A DNA stretch of 64,000 bases from the human T2T-CHM13v2.0 reference genome, Homo sapiens. The stretch is from assembly GCF_009914755.1 (NCBI RefSeq), contig NC_060930.1; one strand, 5' to 3'. The notes beneath the pieces are model-generated. The model searched no databases and was not told the origin of the DNA. It worked only from the letters and a program-made list of their open reading frames with translations. This document shows positions 38,764 to 55,978 of the stretch, one piece after another (the stretch's first letter is position 1; every line of letters starts with the position of its first letter). The position numbers and the translations under genes are program-made.

Positions 38764-41700
38764 TTTTTTTTTTAATTATACTTTAAGTTCTAGGGTACAT
38801 GTGCACAATGTGCAGGTTTGTTACATATGTATACATGTGCCATGTTGGTGTGCTGCACCCATTAACTCATCATTTACATTAGGTATTTCTCCTAACATTA
38901 TCCCTCCCCACTCCACCCACCCCATGACAGGTCCCAGTGTGTGATGTTCTCCACCCTGTGTCCAAGTGTTCTCATTGTTCAGTTCCCACCTATGAGTGAG
39001 AACATGCGGTGTTTGGTTTTCTGTCCTTGTGACAGTTTGCTCACAATGATGGTTTCCAGCTTCATCCATGTCCCTGCAAAGGACATGAACTCATCCTTTT
39101 TTATGGCTGCATAGTATTTCATAGTGTATATGTGCCACATTTTCTTAATCCAGTCTATCATTGTTGGACATTTGTGTTGGTTCCAAGTCTCTGCTATTGT
39201 GAATAGTGCCATAATAAACATACGTGTACATGTGTCTTTATAGCAGCAAGATTTATAATCCTTTGGGTATATACCCAGTAATGGGATCACTGGGTCAAAT
39301 GGTATTTCTAGTCGTAGATCCTTAAGAAATCACCACACTGTCTTCCACAATGGTTGAACTAGTTTACAGTCCCACCAATGTGTAAAAGCATTCCTATTTG
39401 TCCACATCCTTTCCAGCACCTGTTGTTTACTGACTTTTTAATGATCACCATTCTAACTGGTGTGAGATGGTATCTCATTGTGGTTTTGATTTGCATTTCT
39501 CTGACAGCAAGTGATGATAAGCATTTTTTCATGTGTCTGTTGGCTGCGTAAATGTCTTCTTTTGAGAAGGGTCAGTTCATATCTTTTGCCCACTTTTTGA
39601 TGGGGTTGTTTGATTTTTTTCTTGTAAATTTAAGTTCTTTGTAGTTTCTGGATATTAGCCCTTTGTCAGATGGGTAGATTACAAAAATTTTCTCCCATTC
39701 TCTAGGTTGCCTGTTCACTCTGATGGTAGTTTCTTTTGCTGTGCAGAAGCTCTTGAGTTTAATTAGATCCCATTTGCCAATTTTGGCTTTTGTTGCCATT
39801 GCTTTTGGTGTTTTAGTCATGAAGTCCTTGCCCATGTCCTGAATGGAATTGCCTAGGTTTTCTTCTAGGGTTTTTATGGTTTTAGGTCTAACACGTAAGT
39901 CTTTAATCCATCTTGAATTAATTTTTGTATAAGGTATAAGGAAGGGATCCAGTTTCAGCTTTTACATATGGCTAGCCAGTTTTCCCAGCACCATTTATTA
40001 AACAGGGAATCCTTTCCTCATTTCGTGGTTTTGTCAGGTTTGTCAAAGATCAGATGGTTGTAGATGTGTGGTATTAATTCTGAGGGCTCTGTTCTGTTCT
40101 ATTGGTCTATATCTCTGTTTTGTTACCAGTACCATGCTGTTTTGGTTACTGTAGCCTTGTAGTATAGTTTGAAATTAGGTAGTGTGATGCCTCCAGCATT
40201 GTTCTTTTGGCTTAGGATTGTCTTGGCAATCTTTAGTTCTATATGAACTTTAAAGCAGTTTTTTTCCAATTTTGTGAAGAAAGTCATTGGTAGCTTGATG
40301 GGGATGGCATTGAATCTATAAATGACCTTGGGCACTATGACCATTTTCATGATATTGATTCTTCCTACCCATGAGCATGAAATGTTCTTCCATTTGTTTG
40401 AGTCCTCTTTTATTTCATTGAGCAGTGGTTTGTAGTTCTCCTTGAAGAGGTCCTTCACATCCCTTGTAAGTTGGATTCCTAGGTGTTTTATTCTCTTTGA
40501 AGCAATTGTGAATGGGAGTTCACTCATGATGTGGCTCTCTGTTTGTCTGTTATTGCTGTATAGGAATGCTTGTGATTTTTGCATATCGATTTTGTATCCT
40601 GAGACTTTGCTGAAGTTGCTTATCAGCTTAAGGAGATTTTGGGCTGAGATGATGGGGTTTTCCAGATATACAATCATGTCATCTGCAAACGGGGACAATT
40701 TGACTTCCTCTTTTCCTAATTGAATACCCTTTATTTCCTTCTCCTGCCTGATTGCCCTGGCCAGAACTTCCAACACTATGTTGAATAGGAATGGTGAGAG
40801 AGGGCATCCCTGTCTTGTGCCAATTTTCAAAGGGAATGCTTCCAATTTTTGCCCATTCTGTATGATATTGACTGTGGTTTTGTCATTCTCCATCCAGCTT
40901 TGTTCCATTGCTGGTGAGGAGCTGCATTCCTTTGGAGAAGAGGCACTCTGATTTTTAGAATTTTCAGCTTTTCTGCTCTGGTTTCTCCCCATCTTTGTGG
41001 TTTTATCTACCTTTCGTCTTTGATGATGGTGATGTACAGATGGTGTTTTGGTGTGGAAGTCCTTTCTGTTTGTTAGTTTTCCTTCTAACAGTCATGACCC
41101 TCAGCTGCAGGTCTGTTGGAATTTGCTGGAGGTCCACTCTAGACCCTGTTTGCCTGGATATCACCAGCAGAGGCTGCAGAACAGCAAATATTGCAGAACG
41201 GCAAATGTTGCTGCCTGATTCTTCCTCTGGAAGCTTCACCTCAGAGGGGCACCCAGCTGTATGAGGTGTCAGGCAGCCCCTACTGGGAGGTGTTTCCCAA
41301 TTGGGCTACTCGGGGGTCAGGGACTCACTTGAGGAGGCAGTCTGTCCATCCTCAGATCTCAAACTCCATGCTGGGAGAAGCACTACTCTCTTCAAAGATG
41401 TCAGACAGGGACGTTTAAGTCTGCATAAGTTTCTACTGCCTTTTGTTCAGCTATGTCCTGATCCCAGAGGTAGAGTCCACAGAGGCAGGCAGGCCTCCTT
41501 GAGCTGCAGTGGGCTCCAACCAGCTCAAGCTTCCCAGCCACTTTGTTTACCTACTCAAGCCTCAGCAATGGTGGATGCCCCTCCCCCAGCCTCACTGCTG
41601 CCTTGCAGTTTGATCTCAAACTGCTGTGCTAGCAGTGAGTGAGGCTCCATGGGCACGGGCCCTCTTAGCCAGGTGTGGGATATAATCTCCTGGTGTGCCA

Positions 41701-42003
41701 TTTGCTAAGACCATTGGAAAAGCACTGTATTAGGGTGGGAGTGTCCCGATTTTCCAGGTACTGTCTGTCACAGTTTCCCTTAGCTAGGAAAGGGAATTCC
41801 CCAACCCCTTGCACTTCCCCAGTGAGGCAATGCCCTGCCCTGCTTTGGCTCATGCTTCCTGGGCTGTACCCACTGTCCAACAAGTCCCAGTGAGATGAAC
41901 CTGGTACCTCATTTGGAAATGCAGAAATCACCTGTCTTCTGCATCACTCACGCTGGGAGCTCTAGGCTGGAGCTGTTCCTATTCAGCCATCTTGGAACCT
42001 CCT
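38764..42003 (-). mobile_element. L1PA6-like LINE-1 with intact 5'UTR and 3' end but a ~2.9-kb internal deletion
   Basis: 5' end GGAGGTTCCAAGATGGCTGAATAGGAACAGC (minus strand), ORF1 start at 40992, ORF2 RT to C-terminus, 3'UTR, poly-T at 38764. Only ~3.24 kb long; no TSD found. Confidence 0.93.
40123..40992 (-). pseudogene. chimeric L1 ORF1(1-37)::ORF2 RT-core reading frame, 289 aa
   Basis: MGRNQSRK...SWMEND (ORF1 N-terminus) runs directly into [28 protein letters not shown] (ORF2 RT). Confidence 0.85.
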
Positions 42004-43495
42004 TCAACTTCCATTATTCTTTCCAAATCCCTTCTATGCCACCTCTTATACTTGTTATTTATTATTCACTTAAAGAATTAACAAAGAGTATTGGTTTAAA
42101 CTTACTATAAAGATGAGCTCATGTTAATGTTTATGGGTAGATCTAGCTGAACAACTTCTACCGTAATAATGATGCTCCACTCTGTGAGATGCAGGGTACA
42201 TTACCAATTTAGGGAAAGAGTTAACATATGACATAAGATGTACATGTTCCTGAAATCAACTAAAGAAATTTAAAGACAAATACTTAGATGTATACTGAAT
42301 CTATTGCTAGTTTATATCAAAATAACTGAAAATTTTGACCTTTACATTCGGTTTCAGTGAGGAAATAAATTCATTCCCACTATTTATTTTACTGGATGAC
42401 AAGATAAATAGCCCAATTCAATGGTCTATATCTGTGGATTGTGTATTTTCAGACCACTGACTCCACTGAGACTATAACAAAGGCTCTGCACACACTCCCA
42501 GAAAAATGCATGCACTCATGTGCACACACATGCACAGAATGCTCATGAGCATATTGAAGGTGGATCCCAATGTAAGAATTCCTATTGCTTGCAGAAGATA
42601 TGGAATACTTATCCACTCCTCATGTTTTCATGTCAAGTGATATCTACTAGAGGAGCACTGCTAGCCATTTGTCTCAATCACTGCCTTATTTAAAAAGTTT
42701 GCTGATTGTTTAATGACATTTATTGAAACACATCTCTTGCTAGAGGTAATCTAGTAAAGTCTGCAGAAGATATGAACTTAATTTGCTTTGTTTGCTGCCC
42801 TCATTTCCATAGACTCTGTGCGGCAATGTGTGTCTTGTCTACAAACAGATTTTTTACCTCAGGTACATTATGTAACTGAGTAACGTAAGAAGGGTAAGGA
42901 GTCAGGATGTTGGCATGGGCAGGTTATAACAGAAGGCTAGTTTGGCCACAGATCAAAGCCTTTTGCTTTAAGCAGCTTTATCCTTGATGAAGTTCAATAG
43001 TTGCAAACTTGAAAAGTAAACATAGATATGTTATTTATTAACCCCCTTAATGCCTTAATACTTGCCATATATAGTTATATGTACAAAGTATAATAAAAGA
43101 AAAAAATGAAGCAAATTATAACTAACTATGATTTTTGGTGAGAAAATTTGTTCAAAATTTGTGAAACTTTTTTGTTCAAACTCAAGCCAGCATATTCTAT
43201 TGTACCTAGGAATTTAAAAAAAACTAATTCATTTTTCTATCAATGGTTCCCATAATATCAAATAATTTTTAAAAAGCAAGAAGATACTTTAAAATTTATC
43301 TAAGTACAATATGTTTCACAGAAAAGTGAAATAAAAATATAAATAAATAATGTTAAATTATATGTACAGGTCAATAATAGTCGTAGAACTCAGGTCTAAA
43401 GCATTTTAGTTGTGTTGTTTGTATTCCTCTAAAAACTTATTTCACTCCACACAAACAAATTATGTGGAGGAGAAACTCAAGTTTTATAAGTATTA

Positions 43496-43812
43496 CTGAC
43501 TTAGTGTGGTCTGCTGTAACAAAATGCAATAGACTGAGGAGCTTAAATATCAGACATTTATTTCTTATAGTTCTGGATGCTGAAAAATTCAAGACCATAT
43601 TTGGTTCTTGGTGAATCCCCTCCTCCTGGCTTCTAGACAACTGTCTTCCTTAATGTTCTTTTTGTGTAGGACACTAGTCTTATTATAGGGTCTCCACCCC
43701 TTGACATCATGTAACATAATTACCTCCCAAAGGCCTCATCTCCAAGTGAGACCTGGAATTACAGCTTCGATCTATGAATTTAGGGAAGATGCAAACATTC
43801 AATTTATAAAAC
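43496..43812 (-). mobile_element. MLT1A-type MaLR solo LTR
   Basis: 'ctgctgtaacaaaatgcaatagactg..acatttatttcttatagttctgga...taattacctcccaaaggcctcatctcc..aaacattca'. Confidence 0.8.
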
Positions 43813-44685
43813 AATTACTAATTCAGTTATATGTGTGTGTGTATGTATGTATGTGCATCTGCGTGTGTATCTGTAGACAAATATTCTTTTCCATTGTCTT
43901 TATTGTTGATGTGTTGTGACTAAGATTCTTATAAACATTGAAGAGCAATTAAATAAAATTACTATGTATGTAGGCTTGGGAGATAATAGAAAAAAGTCCT
44001 AAATATCTATCCTCTGACCTATCTCTGAGTTTTCTTCCCTGTTTTCCTTTTATACTAACCTTTAGGACTGACCATTTAAACAGAAATTTTCACTCTTCCT
44101 TCTGGCTATCACACTTAAATTGTTCAATAAAATGAGTCACATACTACCACTGCATTGGAATCATATTCTAAAAGTGCTTTTGTTGTTTCTATTTTATTAG
44201 CCCTCCTGAAGCAGCACAATGAAAAAGCTGGTTTACTTTCCCCCATATCCTCTGAAATACTGGTTACTTTAACAGTTGTTAAATCCTTCAAACCACATAG
44301 ACATTAAATTTTCTGCAAAACTAGAATTTCTGGTATTTATATTTCAAAAGACACTCAGGACTCCTTTTCTGTTTATAAATATGCATGATTATATTTGTTA
44401 TTCTTCATTTAAATTCTTTTTTTTTTTGTCAGGAAGATTGTGGGATTCCCTAGTTGCACTGAAGGATATTTCTCTAAGTGTTGCTAATGCATTTCCACTG
44501 AAAATTAATTATCTAGTATTAATTCACATAGATACAAAATGAAACAGAAAGTGATGTAATTAGTGCAAGGCTTGACCAAAATAACTCATTCATTCATTTG
44601 TCAATCAAACTGCAATGGTAATCAAAGTGCTCATTGAGTTGATTAAACTTCTGAGTTTCTAGGTACCCATTAATTCCAGACTCAT

Positions 44686-44983
<298 letters not shown>

Positions 44984-45586
44984 AATTCCAGACTCATTTC
45001 CACCTTTCACTTAAATTGAATATATCTCTCAGTTCCCTTGTGAGATGGAAAAAATGACTTCCTACATGTGGGGGAATTGACCAAATCAATTTGACTGTAT
45101 TCAGTTTCGATGCCTTTTCAGAATTAGTCAAAAATATTTAATTAGGATATCTATCTGAGAGGCACTCCTTTCTACATGGAATAGTCTTTTCACAAAAATT
45201 TTATAGTGTCTTGTGCAATTTTCAATAACTCAATTTGTTTAACACAAATAGGTCTACATTAAAAATGTACTTATAAAATTTGAGTGATTTTTGTATGATA
45301 ATTGGAAACACATAGCAAGTAAATAACATACAAAATGTCATTTATCTTGTCCCTGAGAAAGAACTAGGTAAGATCATTACTACTCCTTCATCCTATTTTC
45401 TCCTGAATTCCGCCAATGTTGACTTGAGTAGTCAAGAAGTTGGGTGTCAGCTGCAAGGCAGAATGGTAATTAGTTTAGTCATGTTTAAGTAGGAGATACT
45501 CTAGAATGCTTTTGCTTTTCTCTTTCAAATTTCTATAAGGACTTCTAATATCAATAAAGTTTTGAAATGAGAATGAGAACTATGAA

Positions 45587-45902
45587 TTTTTTTGTTTTTG
45601 TTTTTGTTTTTGTTTTGTATTTTGAGACGGAGTCTCATTCTGCCACCAGGCTGGAGTGCAGTGGCATGATCTAGGCTCACTGCAACTTCCACCTCCTGGG
45701 TTCAAGCCATTCTCCTGCCTCAGCCTCCAGACAAACTGGGACTACAGGGGTGTGTCACCACACCCAGCTAATTTTTGTATTTTTAGTAGAGACGGGGTTT
45801 CACCATGTTGGGCAGGAAGTTCTCAATCTCTTGACCTCGTGATGCACCTGCCTTGCCCTCCCAAAGTGCTGGGATTACAGACATGAGCCACTGCGCCTAG
45901 CC
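45587..45902 (-). mobile_element. AluSc-like SINE
   Basis: Full Alu with 'ATCTCTTGACCTCGTGAT' and a (TTTTTG)n tail. TSD TATGAA at 45581-45586 and 45903-45908. Confidence 0.93.
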
Positions 45903-46956
45903 TATGAAATCATTTTAAAAGGACAGAAATTGAATGTAAACATATCCTTTTCCTATTTAAAATACAGTCTTTCAAAATTTCTGTTCTTTTTCCCTACTAA
46001 ATTTTGTTATTTTTAGGTATATCACCTTATGAATTGCTCAGTTCTTTCCATCTGATTCCATGAATTCAGATAGTGAATTTGTTCTTATAAGTAATTATAC
46101 ACTGTGATCAATTGCTGTTAACTTGATGTTTACTACAAGTCTTTAGAAATTGCTGAAGATTAAAAATATTTACCTTAAAATCTAAAAATATATTTACATT
46201 TAACATAATCAAGATGGAAATTTCTGGAGAGTGAAACTAAATAATAAATTTTCTTTAACTTTTTTTATCCTACCACTGACGTTACACTAAGAAAAGATAT
46301 CACATGACTTTTGTAGGCTTCCTGAAAGTGATAAGCTGTTTTACATATGAAAAAGTTTTCTTGTTGAAAGAGGAGCCTTAAACTCGAACTTGAATTGTAT
46401 GTATTCAAAAAAAAAAAATAGTCACTTTCCATGAGAAGGGTCTCAATCTCAGCTATTTTACATCTAAAGAATGAATATATAATAATAGCATTGAAAATAA
46501 GTCATGTTAAATTTGTAGTTCTTTTCAGCATTCTCTTATCTTGCTATTCTACTTCTTCCTTATGTTTTCTTTTTCTCTTTTGATGTTTATTTACTTTTGG
46601 TATGTGGCCTTTCCCAATACATTCACTTTGTCTTGCAGGTCCATAACAGATTTTACAGATGTTAATTTTGAATTAACAAATCTGCTTTTATGTTGTTACT
46701 TACCTCAGCTGAGGATAATAGCATAAATTTATTATTTAAACTAGCTTTTGAAGTTACATAAACTTTAATCTAACTTTTATATTTCCAGGTTAATACTAGA
46801 ATTTATTATCCAAATGGAGGCTGCATGTGTGACAGGAATCCCTGTATATGATTCCCTCTTTAAGGTAAGATAACCAACAGGTGAGTTATATAAACTGTCA
46901 TAAATGATATGTGCTTATACCTTGCTTTTAGAACAAGTTTCACCATTTTCTCATAT

Positions 46957-47634
46957 TGATACAGGGGATATAAAAAAATATATTTAGGAAGATAATGAGG
47001 TTAAAAAAGTCCTCAGCAAGTCTTCCTTTCTAACAAAAAGCAGCACAAGAAATTTTTTTTTCTAACAAAGAGCAGCCTAAAAAATTGAGCTGCAAACAGA
47101 TAAGCAAGCTGGAAGCTTGCACAGGTGAATGCTGGCAGGTGTGCCAATAGAAAAAGGCTACCTGGGAACCATGTATGTTCAACATGGAGACTCCATTTTC
47201 CCTTTTCTTTGTCACCACATGTACAGTAAAGAAACAGGCAACATGGTGCAGGCCAGGCAGAGAACCCATCTGCATAATAAAAGATTGGGGTGAGGGTGGC
47301 CAGATTTTTGTGCTCTATGCAAATGGCCTACCTATCCCTAACCAGTTTTTTGCACCTTATGCAAATAACACACCTGATCCAGTCAATCTTTTGTGTCCTA
47401 TGTATGTCAGACACTGCCTCCTCAAGCTCATCTATAAAATCCCCTTCATTTCACCACAGAAGCAGAAAACCCATTTGGGACCCTTCGCTCTGCAGCAGAG
47501 AGAGCTATTCCCTTTCCTTCACCTATTAAACTTCCGCTCTTAACCTTACTCCTGGTGTGTCTGCATCCTAGTTTTCCATGATGGCTGTGAGACAACGAAC
47601 CTCAGGGACCATCCCAGACAATGAGGCTGTTTAA
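46957..47634 (+). mobile_element. ERV1 solo LTR (LTR9-like)
   Basis: TGATACAGG...'ctaacaaagagcagcct..gataagcaagctggaagcttgcac..ccaatagaaaaaggctacctgg'; TATAAAA ~47433; ATTAAA ~47525. Confidence 0.75.
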
Positions 47635-47879
47635 AAAAAGAAGTTTATTCCTAGACTTCTCCTCAAGTCTCATGATCACCCTTGGATGATATGCCCATTC
47701 TTTAAATAGTCGCTGGCTAAAGGAATACTATAGTGAGCTATAACTACTCAGCATTCTCTTCTGGTAATTTAGAAGAAGTCCAACACAAGGCTGCCCAATA
47801 TCTGAAAAAAAGTTTCTATATGCAAGAAATATGAGGAAAATGGCATTTGGGTAGGCAACAAATGAGCAATTTCTGCCAC

Positions 47880-48005
47880 AGACTATAAGCTCCATGAAGG
47901 TAATCTCATACATTTCTTATTGAGTGCAGTATGTAAAAGGCTTAACACAGAGCCTGGAATATAGTTGGTGCTCATCAGATTTGTGAAATAAATTTGTGAA
48001 TAATG
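47880..48005 (+). mobile_element. L2 3' end fragment
   Basis: 'actataagctccatgaagg...cacagagcctggaatatagttggtgctca..atttgtgaaataaat'. Confidence 0.6.
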
Positions 48006-48097
48006 CAAATTCTAATATTGATGAGAATACTAATTTATAGTCCTTGAAAGGCAGAATAGAAGCCACATAACCACAATTTCAAAGAGACTATAAGAGA

Positions 48098-48580
48098 TGT
48101 GAAAGAAAAATAAATCTTGGAACCCCCAAATCACTAAGCGAAAGGGAAAAGCCAAGCTGTACACTGCTTAGGGCAAAGCTGCCTCCTCTTCTATTCCTAA
48201 AGATGATAGCTACACAAATTAAAAAGCTACATACCTCCCTCACAAGGAATTTCCTTGTGGACAAAGGACAGACAGAATCCAAAGTCATCCTTCTGTTCGT
48301 TAAGAAAAATGTGTATCTGATTGCCTTCTTTAAAAACGTTAATGAGAAACTCAAAAGAATGCAACCATTTGTCTCTTCTCTACCTATGACCTGGAAGCCC
48401 CATCCCCACTTCGAGTTCTCCCACCTTTCCAAACAGAACCAATGTATCCCTTACATATATTGATGTGCCCTGAATATCTTGGGGACCTCCTGAGGTTGTG
48501 TCTCAGTTGCGTGTCCTTAACTTTGGCAAAATAAATTTCCTAAATTGACTGAGACCTGTCTCACATATTTGGGCTTCACG
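48098..48580 (+). mobile_element. MER4 (MER4A-like) ERV1 solo LTR
   Basis: TGTGAAAGAAAAATAAATCTTGG..'acaaggaatttccttgtggacaaaggacagacag'..'aaattgactgagacctgtctca..tttgggcttcac'. Confidence 0.85.
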
Positions 48581-48596
48581 GAGTAAACACAAAGTT

Positions 48597-48895
48597 TGCC
48601 AGGCACCCTGGATCACAACTGTAATCTGAGCACTTTCGGTGGCAGAGGCAGCTGATCACCTCAGCCCAGAAGTTCCGGACAAACCTAGACAACATGGAGA
48701 ACCCATGCCTCTACTAAATATATTAAAATTACGTGGACGTAGTGTGCCTGGTCCCAGCTCTAGTACGGGCGGCGGAGGAACGAGGATCCCTTTAACCTAG
48801 GAGGTCGAGGCCTCAACGAGCTGACATTGAGATCGCACCACTGCATTCCAGTCTGGGTGACAGATTGAGACCCTGTCTAAAACAACAACAACAAA
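48597..48895 (+). mobile_element. highly diverged AluJ with (AAC)n tail
   Basis: AluJ-type features ('gaggatc..aggaggtcgagg', 'gagaccctgtct'). TSD GA(G/A)TAAACACAAAG at 48581-48594 and 48899-48912. Confidence 0.85.
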
Positions 48896-48944
48896 TGAGA
48901 ATAAACACAAAGGGTATGCAAGAGCTAGATATTCTGGAACTTTA

Positions 48945-49180
48945 TTTTGAAGTCACCCATGAGTTCAAAGTTGCTGAATCTAATGATCAGTTTCCAGTCA
49001 TGTTACTTGAGTCATGATAAGTATATGATACTTTAGATCATTTCCTTCTCCTTACACACTTTCTCCTTTTGACTTTCAGGGTGTTACACTCTCTTGTTTG
49101 CTTTCTCTTTGTCTCACTGGCTATTTATTTTCAAACTACTTTAATTGTTCTCTCTTTCACTTCTTAATATTGGAGTTCTC
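48945..49180 (+). mobile_element. L2 ORF2 fragment, continuing after the L1 at ~54508-54600
   Basis: 'gtcacccatgag..gttgctgaatctaatgatcagtttcc..ccttctcctt..actttctcc..gactttcagg..acactctc' resembles the L2 RT region. Confidence 0.65.
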
Positions 49181-49181
49181 T

Positions 49182-54494
<5,313 letters not shown>

Positions 54495-54959
54495 TATTGT
54501 AGTGCTCCAGGCCTCATCCTCGTTCCTCTTGTCTTCTCTATTTACATCCATTCCTTTGGTAGTCCTTACTGTCTCTTGTCTTTATATGTTAACTAGACAC
54601 ACCAAAAAAACTATTGCTAATATGTATCTAAAATTTTTCTTCTTCTTTTTTTTATAGTTTTTCTTTCTTTCTTTTCTTTTTTTTTTTTTTTTTTTACATT
54701 TTACAGACCAAGGAAGAAACCAAACAAGAAAATGAAATAAAGTTGCTACTGTGATTGCAGAATTACTTGGAGTAATCTCTAAAGAAACCTGCCCATTTGG
54801 AGAAATGACACAATGCAATTCAACAAATAACTTTGTAGTTCCTGTGATGTGAATAACAGAGCACTAAAAAGCCTAATGAGAATCAGTCCTGCTCTCAGGA
54901 TGCTTATGATGGTGCACAGAGAATGTCAGTATACAAATAACTCTAACTATAAAAGAGGA

Positions 54960-55345
54960 GGGAATAATCCCTAGCTCCTTTTCCTTAGCCAAAAACTTAT
55001 TGCCTATTTCTTCTATCCTAAGAAAAAGAAAAACAAAACAAAAACAAACCACTTGAGCATTTTTCCCCTCAGAACTGTTTCCTTTCACCCTTTCATATTC
55101 CAAATCCTTGAAGGACTTTCTTATACTCTACTCACTTCTTAATCTTTTAATATCCATATTATTTTACCTCATTTCTACTAAAGTTACTATCTTAAGGTTG
55201 AGTGAGTACCTACCGCCATGGGCTAAGTCTTCTCTTTCTCTCCAGTCCTCATCTTCCTCACTCTCCCTGCTATACTTAATGCTGTGAACCTCTCTTCCTT
55301 CTTTAAACTCTGTCACATTGTTCTTTGTTCTCGCTTTGTTCACTT
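54960..55345 (+). mobile_element. L2 fragments
   Basis: 'tctactaaagttactatcttaaggtt..agtcctcatcttcctc..ctccctgc...tgctgtgaacc..ccttctttaaactct'. Confidence 0.45.
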
Positions 55346-55599
55346 CTCATCTATGAACCATAGTAGGGCAGAATCTTGGCTTAACATAAGTTTATGTGAA
55401 AGGGTTTATTTTGACGCAAAGCACACTGAGAATCAGCAATATAAAAAACTCGTTAAAAACAGTGAAAGTTTATATTGCGCAAATACAAGTACAAAAAAAG
55501 GGAAGTAATAGTTTTTTCGTGATCTAAAGCCACAATCTATCAAAACCAAGGTATTAGGTTGAGTTACAAATTCCATGTTATAAAGATAATATGCAGTTA

Positions 55600-55978
55600 A
55601 AATATAATCCCAGGAAGCTAACTAAGGGAGACATTGAAAGGATTTGTAAAGCACTTGCTTCACACAATGAATGCTTAAGGATACAGGATATGTTTAGCCT
55701 GAGTGAGAGGCACAAAAGAGAACATAATTATTGACTTAGCAGTTGAAGAACATTGTATGGATGTTAGGATTAGGACATACGGGAAGAAATTTCAAGAGAG
55801 ATCTTAAACAATTCCTAACAATTTGAGATACCTAATATTGGAAACGATTATTTTGTGAAGCAGTTCAGGCAAAAGCTAAATAGCAATATATCTGAAATGT
55901 TCTGAAAGTAATTATTGCTTTGTTTGGGAGCTGAGACTAGATTAAAAGTTTCTTCCAATGTGGAAATGTTATGATTAA
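55600..55978 (+). mobile_element. L3/CR1 LINE 3' fragment
   Basis: 'ggatatgtttagcctgag..gagagg', 'ttcctaacaatt', 'gttcaggcaaaagcta', 'gactagat..ttcttccaa..ttatgatt'. Confidence 0.55.

Noticed and set aside
40882-40886. ORF1-ORF2 junction as a spliced L1 RNA that was retrotransposed
   Set aside because: The deleted consensus segment does not start with GT or end with AG; a 5-bp microhomology explains the join better.
42400-42590. Possible DNA-transposon relic
   Set aside because: Too degenerate to assign a family or ends by eye.
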